Positions 40,976 to 50,482 of a stretch of 64,000 nucleotides of DNA are shown here, one piece after another; the first letter of the stretch is position 1, and each line of letters starts with the position of its first letter. The position numbers and the translations under genes are program-made. The DNA is taken from positions 6,628-70,627 of the forward strand of contig JANLFX010000004.1 in NCBI GenBank assembly GCA_024653325.1, given 5' to 3'. The notes under the pieces are model-generated. The model was not told where the DNA came from. It did not search any database and was given only the letters and a program-made list of their open reading frames with translations. The DNA comes from Anaerolineae bacterium (lineage in GTDB: Bacteria > Chloroflexota > Anaerolineae > JACIWR01).

Positions 40976-41915
40976 AGTCGAGCATCTGAGCAAAGTTTTC
41001 ACCCGGGGGAGCGTGTTCTCGCGGATCAGGATAACGGCCACCGACAACGTGTCGTTTTACATCAAACCGGCGGAGATTTTCGCTTTGGCCGGCGAGAGCG
41101 GTTGTGGGAAAACCACCATCGCCAGGATGATTTTAGGCTTCGAGGAACCTTCCTCAGGCGTCATTGTGCACAAGGGCAAGAGAGAGGCCCAAAAAGAAAA
41201 GGTGTGGATCACCGAGGGTATCCAGGCAGTTTTCCAAAATCCCTTCGGGACCTTTAACCCTTTGAGAACTGTGGATCGGTATTTCTTTGAGACTATCCAG
41301 AATTACAAACTGGTCAGGAATAAAGAAGATGCCATTAGATTGATTGATGAGAAACTGAAGGCAGTAGGCCTTTCCTACGAAGAGTTCTCTGGCAAGTACC
41401 CCAGTGAGTTTTCCGGGGGTCAATTGCAGCGGATTTCCATCGCCAGGGCCCTGTTGACCAATCCCACTCTCCTGATTGCCGATGAACCTGTTTCGATGGT
41501 TGATGCTTCCTTGAGAATGTCTATCGTGAACCTGTTCAAAAAGCTCAAGGAAGAGTTTGGCGTGAGCGTGTTATATATCACGCACGACCTGGCCACCGCC
41601 TATTATGTGAGTGATCGCATCGCCATCATGTTCAGGGGGAACATCGTGGAAATGGGACCCGTGGAGAAGGTGTTGATGGAGCCCAAGCACCCATACACCA
41701 AGCTGCTGCGCGAATCCATCCCCGAAGCGGATTCCAACAAGCGCTGGGATACAGTGATCACTCTTGCCGATACGGAGTACGAGGAGTATCTGCGGGCCGG
41801 GTGCAAATTCGCAGGGCGGTGCCCGGATGTGATGGATAGGTGCAAGGACAAAGCCCCCCCGGATGTTTATGTGGACGGTGTGCTCGTCAAATGTCACAAG
41901 TATGCCGGGGAGTGA
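40959..41915 (+). CDS. ABC transporter ATP-binding protein (DppF/OppF-like)
   Basis: Walker A GESGCGKTT, signature FSGGQLQR. Confidence 0.85.
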   Translation: MEKLLEVEHLSKVFTRGSVFSRIRITATDNVSFYIKPAEIFALAGESGCGKTTIARMILGFEEPSSGVIVHKGKREAQKEKVWITEGIQAVFQNPFGTFNPLRTVDRYFFETIQNYKLVRNKEDAIRLIDEKLKAVGLSYEEFSGKYPSEFSGGQLQRISIARALLTNPTLLIADEPVSMVDASLRMSIVNLFKKLKEEFGVSVLYITHDLATAYYVSDRIAIMFRGNIVEMGPVEKVLMEPKHPYTKLLRESIPEADSNKRWDTVITLADTEYEEYLRAGCKFAGRCPDVMDRCKDKAPPDVYVDGVLVKCHKYAGE

Positions 41916-41940
41916 TTTGGTGGTGTTGAGTCCTGTAAAG

Positions 41941-42006
41941 TAGCCGCGCTTTCCATAGCGCGATCTGTCGCAACCGGGGTTGCGCGGTAAGAAGCCGCGC
42001 CTACCA
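41941..42006. repeat. Dispersed intergenic repeat, copy B (same two modules as 34380-34473, with a shorter spacer)
   Basis: tagccgcgctttccatagcgcg … ccggggttgcgcggtaagaagccgcgcctaccat. Confidence 0.75.
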
Positions 42007-42087
42007 TCGCTGGATTCTGTTAGCAGAAACCGGATCCGGGTTTGTCTGACAAACTGAATTATCAACAACTTATCGGAGCTTATCTCT

Positions 42088-44688
42088 ATGTACAAAGAAC
42101 CTTCATCACCCATTGAAGAACGTGTAGCCGACCTGGTCTCTCAGATGACTCTGGAGGAAAAGGGTTCACAGATGGTTTTTGATGCCCCGGCCATCGAGCG
42201 GCTGGGTATCCCCCAGTACAACTGGTGGAATGAGTGTTTGCACGGTGTGGGACGGGCCGGCGTGGCCACGGTGTTCCCGCAGGCCATTGGCCTGGCCGCT
42301 ACCTGGGATACCGACCTGATATACCGGATCGCGACCGCCATCTCCGATGAGGCCCGGGCCAAACACCACGAAGCAGTCCGGCGCGGCATTCGGGAGATAT
42401 ATACCGGCCTGACCTTCTGGTCGCCGAATATCAACATTTTCCGTGACCCCCGCTGGGGGCGAGGGCAGGAAACCTATGGGGAAGATCCCTATTTGACCGC
42501 TCAGATGGGTGTGGCTTTCGTGAAAGGGTTGCAAGGGGATGATCCCCGCTATCTGAAGCTGGTGGCCACGCCTAAGCATTATGCCGTTCACAGTGGCCCA
42601 GAGTCTGACCGGCATCACTTTGACGCGCAGGTTGATGAACGGACACTGCGGGAGACTTACCTGTACGCCTTTGAAGCTTGTGTCAAAGAGGCAAAAGCTG
42701 CTTCTGTAATGGGAGCCTATAACCGCGTCAACGGGGAGCCCTGCTGTGCCAGCCCGACGTTGCTGGAGAAAATCCTGCGCCAGGAATGGGGCTTCAACGG
42801 GTACGTGGTATCCGATTGTGGAGCCATTTTCGACATATACGCCCATCACCGGGTGGTAGATACACCAGAGGCAGCGACAGCTTTGGCGGTACAGAACGGC
42901 TGCGACCTCGAGTGCGGCGAGGTGTACTCGGCCCTGCTCGAAGCTGTAGCCCAAGGCCTGATCCCCGAAGAGGCTATTGACCGCGCAGTCAAGCGACTTT
43001 TCACCGCGCGCTTCCGTCTGGGCATGTTCGATCCCCCAGAGCAGGTTCCTTACACCCAAATCCCCTACCAAGTTGTTGACTCCCCAGAACATCGTGCGCT
43101 GGCCTTGCAGGCGGCGCGGGAGTCCATCGTCCTGCTCAAAAACGAGGGCAATTTACTGCCCTTGCGCAAAGACCTCAAGTCCATCGCCGTCATCGGCCCC
43201 AACGCCGATGATCTGCGGGTGCTGTTGGGCAACTACAGCGGCACGCCAACCAGGGCCATCGCCCCGTTGGAGGGCATTCGCAGGAAGATCTCGCCTGCCA
43301 CCAGGCTCTACTACGCGCAAGGGTGCGAAATAGCCGAAGGTGTCCCCTCGCTGGAAGTCATCCCCTCCACCTACCTGCATCCGACAGATGCCGATGCACA
43401 AGCCAGAGGTCTGAGAGCCGATTACTACGACAACCCCAGCTTCGCAGGTGAGCCTGTACTGAGTCGGGTTGACCGCATCATTGATTTCATTTGGAAAAAC
43501 ACCACTCCGCTCACGGGCCAGTGGGGAGATAGCTTCGCCGTGCGCTGGACAGGCTATCTGGTGCCGCCGGTGAGCGGGACCTACGGGCTGGGCGTCCACG
43601 GCTTCAGCGAATATCGCCTCTACCTGGATGGCAAACTGATCGTGGAATATAAGGGTGTGCACCATCCTATCCTCGACCGTAAAGAGGTTGAGCTGGAAGC
43701 CGGACGGCTTTATAACCTCCGGCTGGATTACGTGAGCCGGGGTCTCGACCCGCAGGTGCAACTTTTGTGGGCACTCCCCAAAGTGGACTATGAGGCTCAG
43801 GCGCTGGAGACGGCCAGGAAAGCGGACGTGGTTATCGCTGTGATGGGCATCTCTCCCGCTCTGGAGGGAGAAGAGATGCCGGTGAGGGTGAAAGGCTTTG
43901 CCAGCGGTGACCGCACCGACATCCGGTTGCCCGCTCCGCAAGAGAGACTACTCCAGCAAATCCACGCCCTGGGCAAGCCAGTGGTACTGGTGTTACTCAA
44001 CGGCAGTGCACTGGCCGTGAACTGGGCCGCCGAGCACATCCCGGCCATCGTTGAGGCCTGGTATCCTGGGCAGGCCGGTGGGGAGGCCATCGCTGACGTT
44101 TTGTTTGGCGATTATAACCCCGCCGGGCGGTTGCCGGTTACCTTCTACAAGGCAGTGGAAGATTTGCCCCCCTTTGAAGATTACCGGATGGAAGGCCGCA
44201 CCTATCGTTACTTCCAGGGAGAGCCTCTCTTTCCCTTTGGTTACGGCCTGAGCTATACCACGTTTGAGTTCGACAACCTGCGCATTACCCCCTCAGGGGT
44301 TAAAGCAGGGGATCAATTTGCCGTCAGCGTCGAGGTGACCAATACCGGCGACCGTGCCGGCGATGAAGTGGTGCAGCTCTACATTCGCCATCGCGCTGTC
44401 ACCGTCCCTCGGCCCATCAAGGAGCTAAAAGGATTCCAACGCATCTCACTGCAACCAGGGGAGCGCAAAAGGGTGACCTTCATTCTGCACACCAGCCAGC
44501 TTGGGTATTACGATGAGGAAATGCGGTTTGTGGTGCAGCCAGGGACAGTAGAAATAATGGTGGGTTATTCCTCACAGCACCTTCCGCTCAGCGGCACGCT
44601 TAAGATAACCGGCCGGACCACCGAGGTCAGTGCCGACAAGGTTTTCTTTAGCAGCACGAAAATAGAAAGGCTTTGCGCTGTGCCCTAA
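42088..44688 (+). CDS. Glycoside hydrolase family 3 (BglX-like beta-glucosidase/beta-xylosidase) with inserted PA14 domain
   Basis: GH3 N-domain motifs (KHYAVHSGPE, VVSDCGA), fibronectin-like C-terminus, and a PA14-like insert (…DYYDNPSFAGEP…). Confidence 0.85.
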   Translation: MYKEPSSPIEERVADLVSQMTLEEKGSQMVFDAPAIERLGIPQYNWWNECLHGVGRAGVATVFPQAIGLAATWDTDLIYRIATAISDEARAKHHEAVRRGIREIYTGLTFWSPNINIFRDPRWGRGQETYGEDPYLTAQMGVAFVKGLQGDDPRYLKLVATPKHYAVHSGPESDRHHFDAQVDERTLRETYLYAFEACVKEAKAASVMGAYNRVNGEPCCASPTLLEKILRQEWGFNGYVVSDCGAIFDIYAHHRVVDTPEAATALAVQNGCDLECGEVYSALLEAVAQGLIPEEAIDRAVKRLFTARFRLGMFDPPEQVPYTQIPYQVVDSPEHRALALQAARESIVLLKNEGNLLPLRKDLKSIAVIGPNADDLRVLLGNYSGTPTRAIAPLEGIRRKISPATRLYYAQGCEIAEGVPSLEVIPSTYLHPTDADAQARGLRADYYDNPSFAGEPVLSRVDRIIDFIWKNTTPLTGQWGDSFAVRWTGYLVPPVSGTYGLGVHGFSEYRLYLDGKLIVEYKGVHHPILDRKEVELEAGRLYNLRLDYVSRGLDPQVQLLWALPKVDYEAQALETARKADVVIAVMGISPALEGEEMPVRVKGFASGDRTDIRLPAPQERLLQQIHALGKPVVLVLLNGSALAVNWAAEHIPAIVEAWYPGQAGGEAIADVLFGDYNPAGRLPVTFYKAVEDLPPFEDYRMEGRTYRYFQGEPLFPFGYGLSYTTFEFDNLRITPSGVKAGDQFAVSVEVTNTGDRAGDEVVQLYIRHRAVTVPRPIKELKGFQRISLQPGERKRVTFILHTSQLGYYDEEMRFVVQPGTVEIMVGYSSQHLPLSGTLKITGRTTEVSADKVFFSSTKIERLCAVP

Positions 44689-45100
44689 CCTGTTGAACAC
44701 TTCAGCAAGCGGGCGTACTCGTCAGGTGAGAACCCTTTCAGTTCCGCGCCCTGATGGGGGCGGTCGTTGTAATAGGCGATGAATTCAGCCAGCAACGCTG
44801 CCAGTTCATCGGGGTCATTCCAGCTCCGCTTCTCCAGCCATTGCTTCAGGGTCAGCACAAAGCGCTCTACAATGCTGTTGGTCTGGGGATGATGGGGCGC
44901 GATGCGCACGTGCAAGAATCCCATCTCAGCGGCAAACCGGGCAAAAACCTGGGCGATGAACTGAGCGCCGTTATCGCTGACCACGAACTGTACACCCGCA
45001 GGCCAATAGGCACGTAAGGCGGCCACAATCTCCTCTGCCGTCACATGTTGAAGTGGACGCTTTTCAATACCTACATGTTCATCAGCCTTGTGGGTGGCAC
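44685..45100 (-). pseudogene. Transposase remnant: C-terminal part of a DDE integrase core (rve) domain, N-terminus missing
   Basis: …VQFVVSDNGAQFIAQVFARF…HPQTNSIVERF…YYNDRPHQGAE… matches the rve C-terminal half. Upstream in-frame sequence is not transposase-like. Confidence 0.55.
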
Positions 45101-45390
45101 CGGGGGCGGGATTTTCCGTTACATGTTTAGCCGCTTCCTGCGTGAGGCAGCAGGAATCACCGGAGATGCGCGGTTCATAGAAAGTGCCGATGAATTCCAG
45201 CGCATCGGCGATGCCTGGGAGGAACTGGGCGAATGGTTCCGCCGCACCTCCGAAGCATCCGACCCCGCCTCGTTTTTGGGCGAATGCGTGGCCCCGTTCA
45301 ATGCCCTGGCCGACCAGGAAGAGGCAGCATGGCAACGGCTGCGGGAGCTGGTGCAATAGTCAGGGGCGACGCACCTTTAAGGGAGACGTG

Positions 45391-45801
45391 ATGTCAAACG
45401 AGCGAAAGATGTTGGCCGCCCCGTGCGGCCTGTATTGTGGCAGTTGCACTGAGTTGTTGCTGGACGATACCTGTCACGGTTGCGGCTGCGAATGTGGCGA
45501 GTGCGCAGCCGGACCTCACCACAACGTTTGTGCCATTTACCACTGTTGCGTCATCGAAAAGGGCCTGGAGACCTGCGCCGGGTGCGACGATTTCCCCTGT
45601 ACGCAACTCATCCAATTCGCCTACGACCCTATCTGGCGCACCCACCTCCCTGTCCTGGAAAATCTCAGGCGGATACAGCGCATCGGCGTGGAGGCCTGGC
45701 TGGACGAGCAGCAAGCATACTGGGCCGACCGGAAACGGTTAGACAGGTGGCTTCAGTTGCACAGGGAGTGCGAGGCCAAATACGAGCAGGGATGGGGCTA
45801 G
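45391..45801 (+). CDS. DUF3795-like cysteine-rich protein
   Basis: APCGLYCGSCTE… plus CxxC…CxxC pattern. AAGGGAG RBS. Confidence 0.55.
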   Translation: MSNERKMLAAPCGLYCGSCTELLLDDTCHGCGCECGECAAGPHHNVCAIYHCCVIEKGLETCAGCDDFPCTQLIQFAYDPIWRTHLPVLENLRRIQRIGVEAWLDEQQAYWADRKRLDRWLQLHRECEAKYEQGWG

Positions 45802-45814
45802 GGAAAAAGAGGCT

Positions 45815-46822
45815 ATGTCAATGGGCGATTGGAAAGGCGTTCTTAAGGCGGATCCTATAGACTGGCTCCTGGCTGAGGGTGCGCCCTGGACCCGCTACCG
45901 CACGTTGGTGGACCTACTGGGCCGGCCCGAAGATGACCCTGAGGTACAGGCCGCTCACGCCGGGATGCTGGCCCACCCGCAGGTGCAGGGACTCATCGCT
46001 GAGGCTGCTGCCTGGCCCGGCTATGCTCTCCGGCGGCACAACGACGCTGCTCACCCCCTTCACAAATTCAGCATCCTGGCCGATTTCGGTGTCCGGGCCG
46101 ATGACCCCGGCGTGGACCGGGCGCTTGCTGCCGTGCTGGCTCACCAGTCGTCGGAAGGCGCTTTCCAGAGCCTGGTGAACGTGGCCAAGGCCTTTGGCGG
46201 CACGGGAGAGGATATGTGGACGTGGATGCTGTGCGACGCGCCGCTGCTGCTCTATGCCCTGCTGGTGATGGGTTTGGGTGAAGATAAGCGCGTGCAACGG
46301 GCGGTGGATCATCTGGTCGGTCTGCTGGATGATAACGGCTGGCGCTGCGTTGTCGCACCGGAATTGGGGAGATTTCGCGGGCCAGGGCGCAAGGATGACC
46401 CCTGCCCCATCGCCAACCTCTTCGCGCTGAAAGCCCTGGCTCAGGTGCCGGAATCGCTGGACAGTCCCGCCACGCGAGCCGGTGCTGAGATGCTCCTCCA
46501 CCACTGGGAGCATCAAAGCGAGCGCAAGATTTACATGTTCGGCATCGGCACCGACTTTCGCAAGCTCAAGTACCCCTTCGTCTGGTATGACATCCTGCAC
46601 GTGGTGGACGTGCTCAGCCGTTTCCCCTTCGTTCACGCCGACCCTCGCTTTCGGGAGATGGTGGAGACCATCGCTGCTCAGGCCGATGGAAACGGACGCT
46701 ACACCGCCAGTTCGATGTACAAACCGTGGCAAGGCTGGCCCTTCGCCGATAAGAAGAATCCCTCGCCGTGGCTCACTTTCCTGGTGCGACGGGTGCAAAA
46801 GCGGATTGGACAGGTGGCTTGA
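45815..46822 (+). CDS. Hypothetical protein, possibly alpha/alpha-toroid (prenyltransferase/terpene-cyclase-like repeats)
   Basis: Weak QxxxGxW-like repeats (HQSSEGAFQS, DDNGWRC, ADGNGRYT). Low-confidence fold guess. Confidence 0.35.
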   Translation: MSMGDWKGVLKADPIDWLLAEGAPWTRYRTLVDLLGRPEDDPEVQAAHAGMLAHPQVQGLIAEAAAWPGYALRRHNDAAHPLHKFSILADFGVRADDPGVDRALAAVLAHQSSEGAFQSLVNVAKAFGGTGEDMWTWMLCDAPLLLYALLVMGLGEDKRVQRAVDHLVGLLDDNGWRCVVAPELGRFRGPGRKDDPCPIANLFALKALAQVPESLDSPATRAGAEMLLHHWEHQSERKIYMFGIGTDFRKLKYPFVWYDILHVVDVLSRFPFVHADPRFREMVETIAAQADGNGRYTASSMYKPWQGWPFADKKNPSPWLTFLVRRVQKRIGQVA

Positions 46823-46855
46823 AGCCATCACCGGCAAGAACGGAGGAAAAATCTG

Positions 46856-47202
46856 ATGGACAAGATGATCGCTTACTGCGGGTTGATCTGCACCGATTGC
46901 CCGGCCTACATCGCCACACAGGCGAACGACCGGGCCGCACTGGAGCGGGTGGCCGCCCAATGGCGGGAGGAGTTCAACGCGCCGACATCACCGCCGAGTC
47001 TGTCATCTGCGACGGTTGCCTGGGCAGCGATGGACGACACTGCAGTCACTGCTTCGAGTGCGAGATCCGCGCCTGCGGCTTGGAGCGGGGTGTAGTCAAT
47101 TGCGCTTATTGCGATGACTACGCTTGTGAAAAGTTAGAGGGCTTCTTCGGCTTTGTGCCCGATGCCAAAGCGACTTTGGACGAGATCCGGCAGAACCTTT
47201 GA
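46856..47202 (+). pseudogene. DUF3795-like gene with a +1 frameshift near 46975-46985 (N-part in one frame, Cys-rich C-part in the next)
   Basis: Frame A MDKMIAYCGLICTDCPAY…EEFNA then frame B ADITAESVICDGCLGSDGRHCSHCFECEIRACGLERGVVNCAYCDDYACEKLEGFF. Confidence 0.5.
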
Positions 47203-47743
47203 TAGAGAGAGCTTGAAAACTTCCTCCCCTGGGGCTGCGCCCTTCCCTGCTAATAATGGTGCAACACCAATAGCAGGCGGGCGTCGTATTTCACCGCGCT
47301 GCCGCCCTACTGTGACGCGGCGGGTTCGACCACCTCGAAGTTCGAGGTAGTGATGGTCGCCGTTGCCGGGTCCTGGCCATCCGTCCATGGCCCGTAGACA
47401 ATTGGGATCTGGGTCAGATCAACGTTGAGCTGCTCGATAACGACCTGCCACCGGGTCTTGGCGGCCGGCAGCGATGTGCCCGCGAGCTGGCCAGTCAGCG
47501 CGTTGACCTGCTCGTCGGTCAGGTGCAGAACGGCAGTGTGGATGTCCTCGGCATAAAAAGTGAATCCACTTCACAATTCACGCGCTCCGCGTGGAAATGA
47601 GACTAGGACGCGTCACCTCAGAAGAGTTCTTCGTGTCTCCGTGGTCCGATCGTGCTTTTTCAATGGCCAGGACGGGGAGCCTGACCCAGGAGTTGGTGTC
47701 AGGGCAGAGAGGACCCGGCTCCCCCCTGCATGGGGACAGCCAC

Positions 47744-48058
47744 CTACTTTCCGGGCCGGACGGGCTCAGGGACGACCGGGGACGGACCCCAGAGTTCGGT
47801 GGTCACGTTGAGGGCCAGCGTGTGCAGCTCATTGAGCACTTGCTGGATGTTCTCATGGCTCCACCAAGCGGCCCACGCGGCCATGTCGGCGAACTCGTAG
47901 GTCACCACGGCTTGAGTCGCCCCGCTGGCCGACCGGTACGCCCGGAACTCGACCACCCCCGGCACGGCCAGGGTGCGCGGGATCGCTCTCTTGGTCCACT
48001 CCAGGTAGGCGTCCGCCTTATCCGGGTGGATGTCCCACTTCACAACATAGAGCACCAT
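47744..48058 (-). CDS. ABM/Dabb-like (dimeric alpha+beta barrel) small protein
   Basis: About 100 aa with pattern MVLYVVKWDIHPDKADAYLEW…VEFRAY… typical of the ABM fold. Confidence 0.45.
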   Translation of the reverse strand: MVLYVVKWDIHPDKADAYLEWTKRAIPRTLAVPGVVEFRAYRSASGATQAVVTYEFADMAAWAAWWSHENIQQVLNELHTLALNVTTELWGPSPVVPEPVRPGK

Positions 48059-48286
48059 CGTTTTTCACCTCCTTCCCTGTCCCTACAGATTACCGCCAGA
48101 GCGCTGCGAGTCCTTCCCCCAGACAAAGACCTAGGGTGCTCACAGGATGGCCTGCAGCACAATATAGAACACGAATCCTGCTGGTGTCTTTGCTTCTCCA
48201 ACCGCTGCTGTTGCTCCCGCATCTGTCGTTGCAAGCGTTCCTGCTCGTTCATTCCAAAGGGATTCACCTCAATGCCTCCTTATCCC

Positions 48287-48553
48287 TCACTCTCTGAACC
48301 AGGCGGGATCTATGGCCTCCACCAGATAGATGGCCTCGACGGGGAAGAGCTCCATCCCTCTCAAGGCCACCTGGATGGCCGCTTCCTCTGGCGCCTCCCA
48401 CTCGGAGAGGAGGCGATTGTCTTCTGGGAGGACCCAGCTTCTCAGCCATTTGGAGCCGTTGGGCGAGGCAACGACGATAGCCTTGCCCGCCGCGATCACC
48501 TCGTCCTGAGTGGCCACATCGGGCAACCTGTGAATCACGAGAAACTTCGACAT
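48287..48553 (-). CDS. DUF4242-like small protein
   Basis: MSKFLVIHRLPD…; size and pattern resemble DUF4242. Confidence 0.4.
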   Translation of the reverse strand: MSKFLVIHRLPDVATQDEVIAAGKAIVVASPNGSKWLRSWVLPEDNRLLSEWEAPEEAAIQVALRGMELFPVEAIYLVEAIDPAWFRE

Positions 48554-48567
48554 TTGTGTCACCTCCA

Positions 48568-49857
48568 TTAGAATGCCAATGTCTTAGCCAACCGCTTGGC
48601 CAGAGCAACGATTGTCAGAATCGGCGGCGCACCGGGTGGTGTGGGAAACACGCTGGCATCACAGACGAAGAGGCTGTCCACCTTGGTCTGCAAATGCTTG
48701 TCCACGACCTTGCCCATGGCAGCCGTTCCACCAGGGTGAGCGCCTTGCGGCTTAGAGACCACAATGGACTTGCCATCTGCGCCTGCTTTGACTAATATCT
48801 CCTTTGCTATTGAGGAGCCTCCTTGCAATCTCGTCCAGTCCCTTTTGGTCACTGGCTTGGAGACCGTTCCATCGGGATAGACGCGACCGACCGGCTCGTC
48901 CACGATCTTGGTCATGATGCCCATCAGCCTGCGTGTGGGCAGAGCGGGGCCCCTCGCACCGATCTCCATGAACCTGACCATCCTGTGGTGATTCACGTGA
49001 GGGGACAGGATGAACCCCTTGCTCTGGTGGAACTCGTGGTCAACGAGCGTCATCGAGGGTTCGTGAATCTGATTGAGCCCTTCCGTCACCCCATAGGTGT
49101 TCACAAAGAGATCAACGAACAAACCATGGCCTGCATCTCTGATTCCCGATTGTTGCAGGATCACAGGGGTGCCCAGTCCGCCGGCGGCGAGGATGACCAC
49201 GTCTGCCGGGATCTCGATCTCGCCGTGCGGTCCCACGCCCCTGACACCCTTTACCCTCCCGTTTTCCAGCAGAACCTGCTCAATCGTGGTGCTGTAGAGG
49301 ATGTCGGCTCCATGTTGTCTGGCCTCTTCCAGGTAATCCAGAGCCGTCCATTTGGCGCCTTTCACGCATCCCAACAGACATTGCCCACACTTCTGGCATT
49401 TCACCGGGTCTATGAACTTGGGCATCGGCTCCATCTTGTAACCCAGCTCTTTGGATGCCCACATGATTCTCTCGGAGCCCTCCGACAGGAGCTCTTCGGC
49501 GATGGGACAGACGCCCATCTCTCTCTCCGCTTCGGCGAATTCCTCGTCCAGGGCGATGCCGAAATCGCCCAGCTCCTCTTCCAGGCAGCGGGTGGCGTTG
49601 CCGGCGGAGACAACCGTGGACCCTCCCGCCATGAGGGCCCTCCACAGAATCACCCCCTCTTTCGACTTTGCAGGCGTTTTGGTCAGCCTGTTGGCGTCGA
49701 AGTAGCGGAGAGCGTCCCGAAAGGTCCCGATCTTTTCCTCGTACCTTCCCTTTTCTACTACCAGCACCTCCTTGCCATTCTTGCTCAGTTCCCTTGCCAG
49801 GGTAGCCCCACCCGCTCCTGAACCCACGATTAAGAACTCGTACTTCCTGCCTTTCAT
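48568..49857 (-). CDS. FAD-dependent oxidoreductase, short GMC-like
   Basis: N-terminal FLIVGSGAGGATLARELS (GxGxxG). C-terminal GMC_oxred_C-like …FVCDASVFPTPPGAPPILTIVALA…. Confidence 0.7.
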   Translation of the reverse strand: MKGRKYEFLIVGSGAGGATLARELSKNGKEVLVVEKGRYEEKIGTFRDALRYFDANRLTKTPAKSKEGVILWRALMAGGSTVVSAGNATRCLEEELGDFGIALDEEFAEAEREMGVCPIAEELLSEGSERIMWASKELGYKMEPMPKFIDPVKCQKCGQCLLGCVKGAKWTALDYLEEARQHGADILYSTTIEQVLLENGRVKGVRGVGPHGEIEIPADVVILAAGGLGTPVILQQSGIRDAGHGLFVDLFVNTYGVTEGLNQIHEPSMTLVDHEFHQSKGFILSPHVNHHRMVRFMEIGARGPALPTRRLMGIMTKIVDEPVGRVYPDGTVSKPVTKRDWTRLQGGSSIAKEILVKAGADGKSIVVSKPQGAHPGGTAAMGKVVDKHLQTKVDSLFVCDASVFPTPPGAPPILTIVALAKRLAKTLAF

Positions 49858-49911
49858 GTTCTTAATTACCTCCTTGCCACTTTTCCCTCAGGACATATTC
49901 GAGCCCGTACT

Positions 49912-50334
49912 CTATTTCACCGGCAGCAGGTGAGTCGTTGCGTCACCGGCCATGCGGATAGCCCTGATGATCTCCTCCGGGTCGGCGTCCTTGGAGAGGA
50001 AAGCAATGGTTCCCACCTCCCTGGCCCAGGCCCGGAAAGCCTCTCCACTATGGAAGCTGAGGATGATCACTTTCACCCGGGGCCACCTCTCTCGGATGGT
50101 CCTGGTCGCCCACAGGCCGCCCCGCTCAGGCATGTCAATGTCCATCAGGACGACGTCAGGCCGGAGATATTCGCTCTTCTCCACCGCTTCCCGGCCATCC
50201 CGGGCCGGCTCCAGCACCTCTATCCCTTCCTCCTGTTGCAACATCCGAGAGAAGCTCTGGCGATAGGCCGCGTTGTCCTCGGCGATGAGCACCTTGATGC
50301 CGTTCACATGTGCCTCCACCCAGGTGCGACGCAT
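49912..50334 (-). CDS. Stand-alone response-regulator receiver (CheY-like) protein
   Basis: …KVLIAEDN…DVVLMDIDMP… shows the receiver Asp pocket. Confidence 0.7.
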   Translation of the reverse strand: MRRTWVEAHVNGIKVLIAEDNAAYRQSFSRMLQQEEGIEVLEPARDGREAVEKSEYLRPDVVLMDIDMPERGGLWATRTIRERWPRVKVIILSFHSGEAFRAWAREVGTIAFLSKDADPEEIIRAIRMAGDATTHLLPVK

Positions 50335-50426
50335 TTCTGAAGTACATCGCACCTTCACCTTCACACTTTCAGCATACCACAGGGCTACCCTGCTGTCATG
50401 AGACTACGGGCCTAGCCGGGATAAGA

Positions 50427-50448
50427 AAAAAGGCCCATCTTGCGATGG
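50427..50448 (-). terminator. Rho-independent terminator (AGGCCCATC-ttgcg-GATGGGCCT followed on the minus strand by a U-tract) downstream of the LuxR-family gene
   Basis: A6 run on the + strand immediately 5' of the hairpin, which is a T-run on the minus strand. Confidence 0.65.
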
Positions 50449-50482
50449 GCCTGGGAGCCTATCTCTCCCCTCACCCTCTTCG

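Noticed and set aside
45045-45359. 104-aa ORF on the + strand opposite the transposase fragment, as an intact gene
   Set aside because: The N-terminal half overlaps the rve fragment and is not protein-like. Only the C-terminal ~70 codons look like a genuine protein tail. It is treated as a gene remnant.
48040-48267. 75-aa Q/R-rich ORF between DUF4242-like and ABM genes
   Set aside because: Possibly a real micro-protein (MNEQERLQRQMREQQQRLEKQ…), but there is no RBS evidence and it overlaps the ABM gene start. It is not called.
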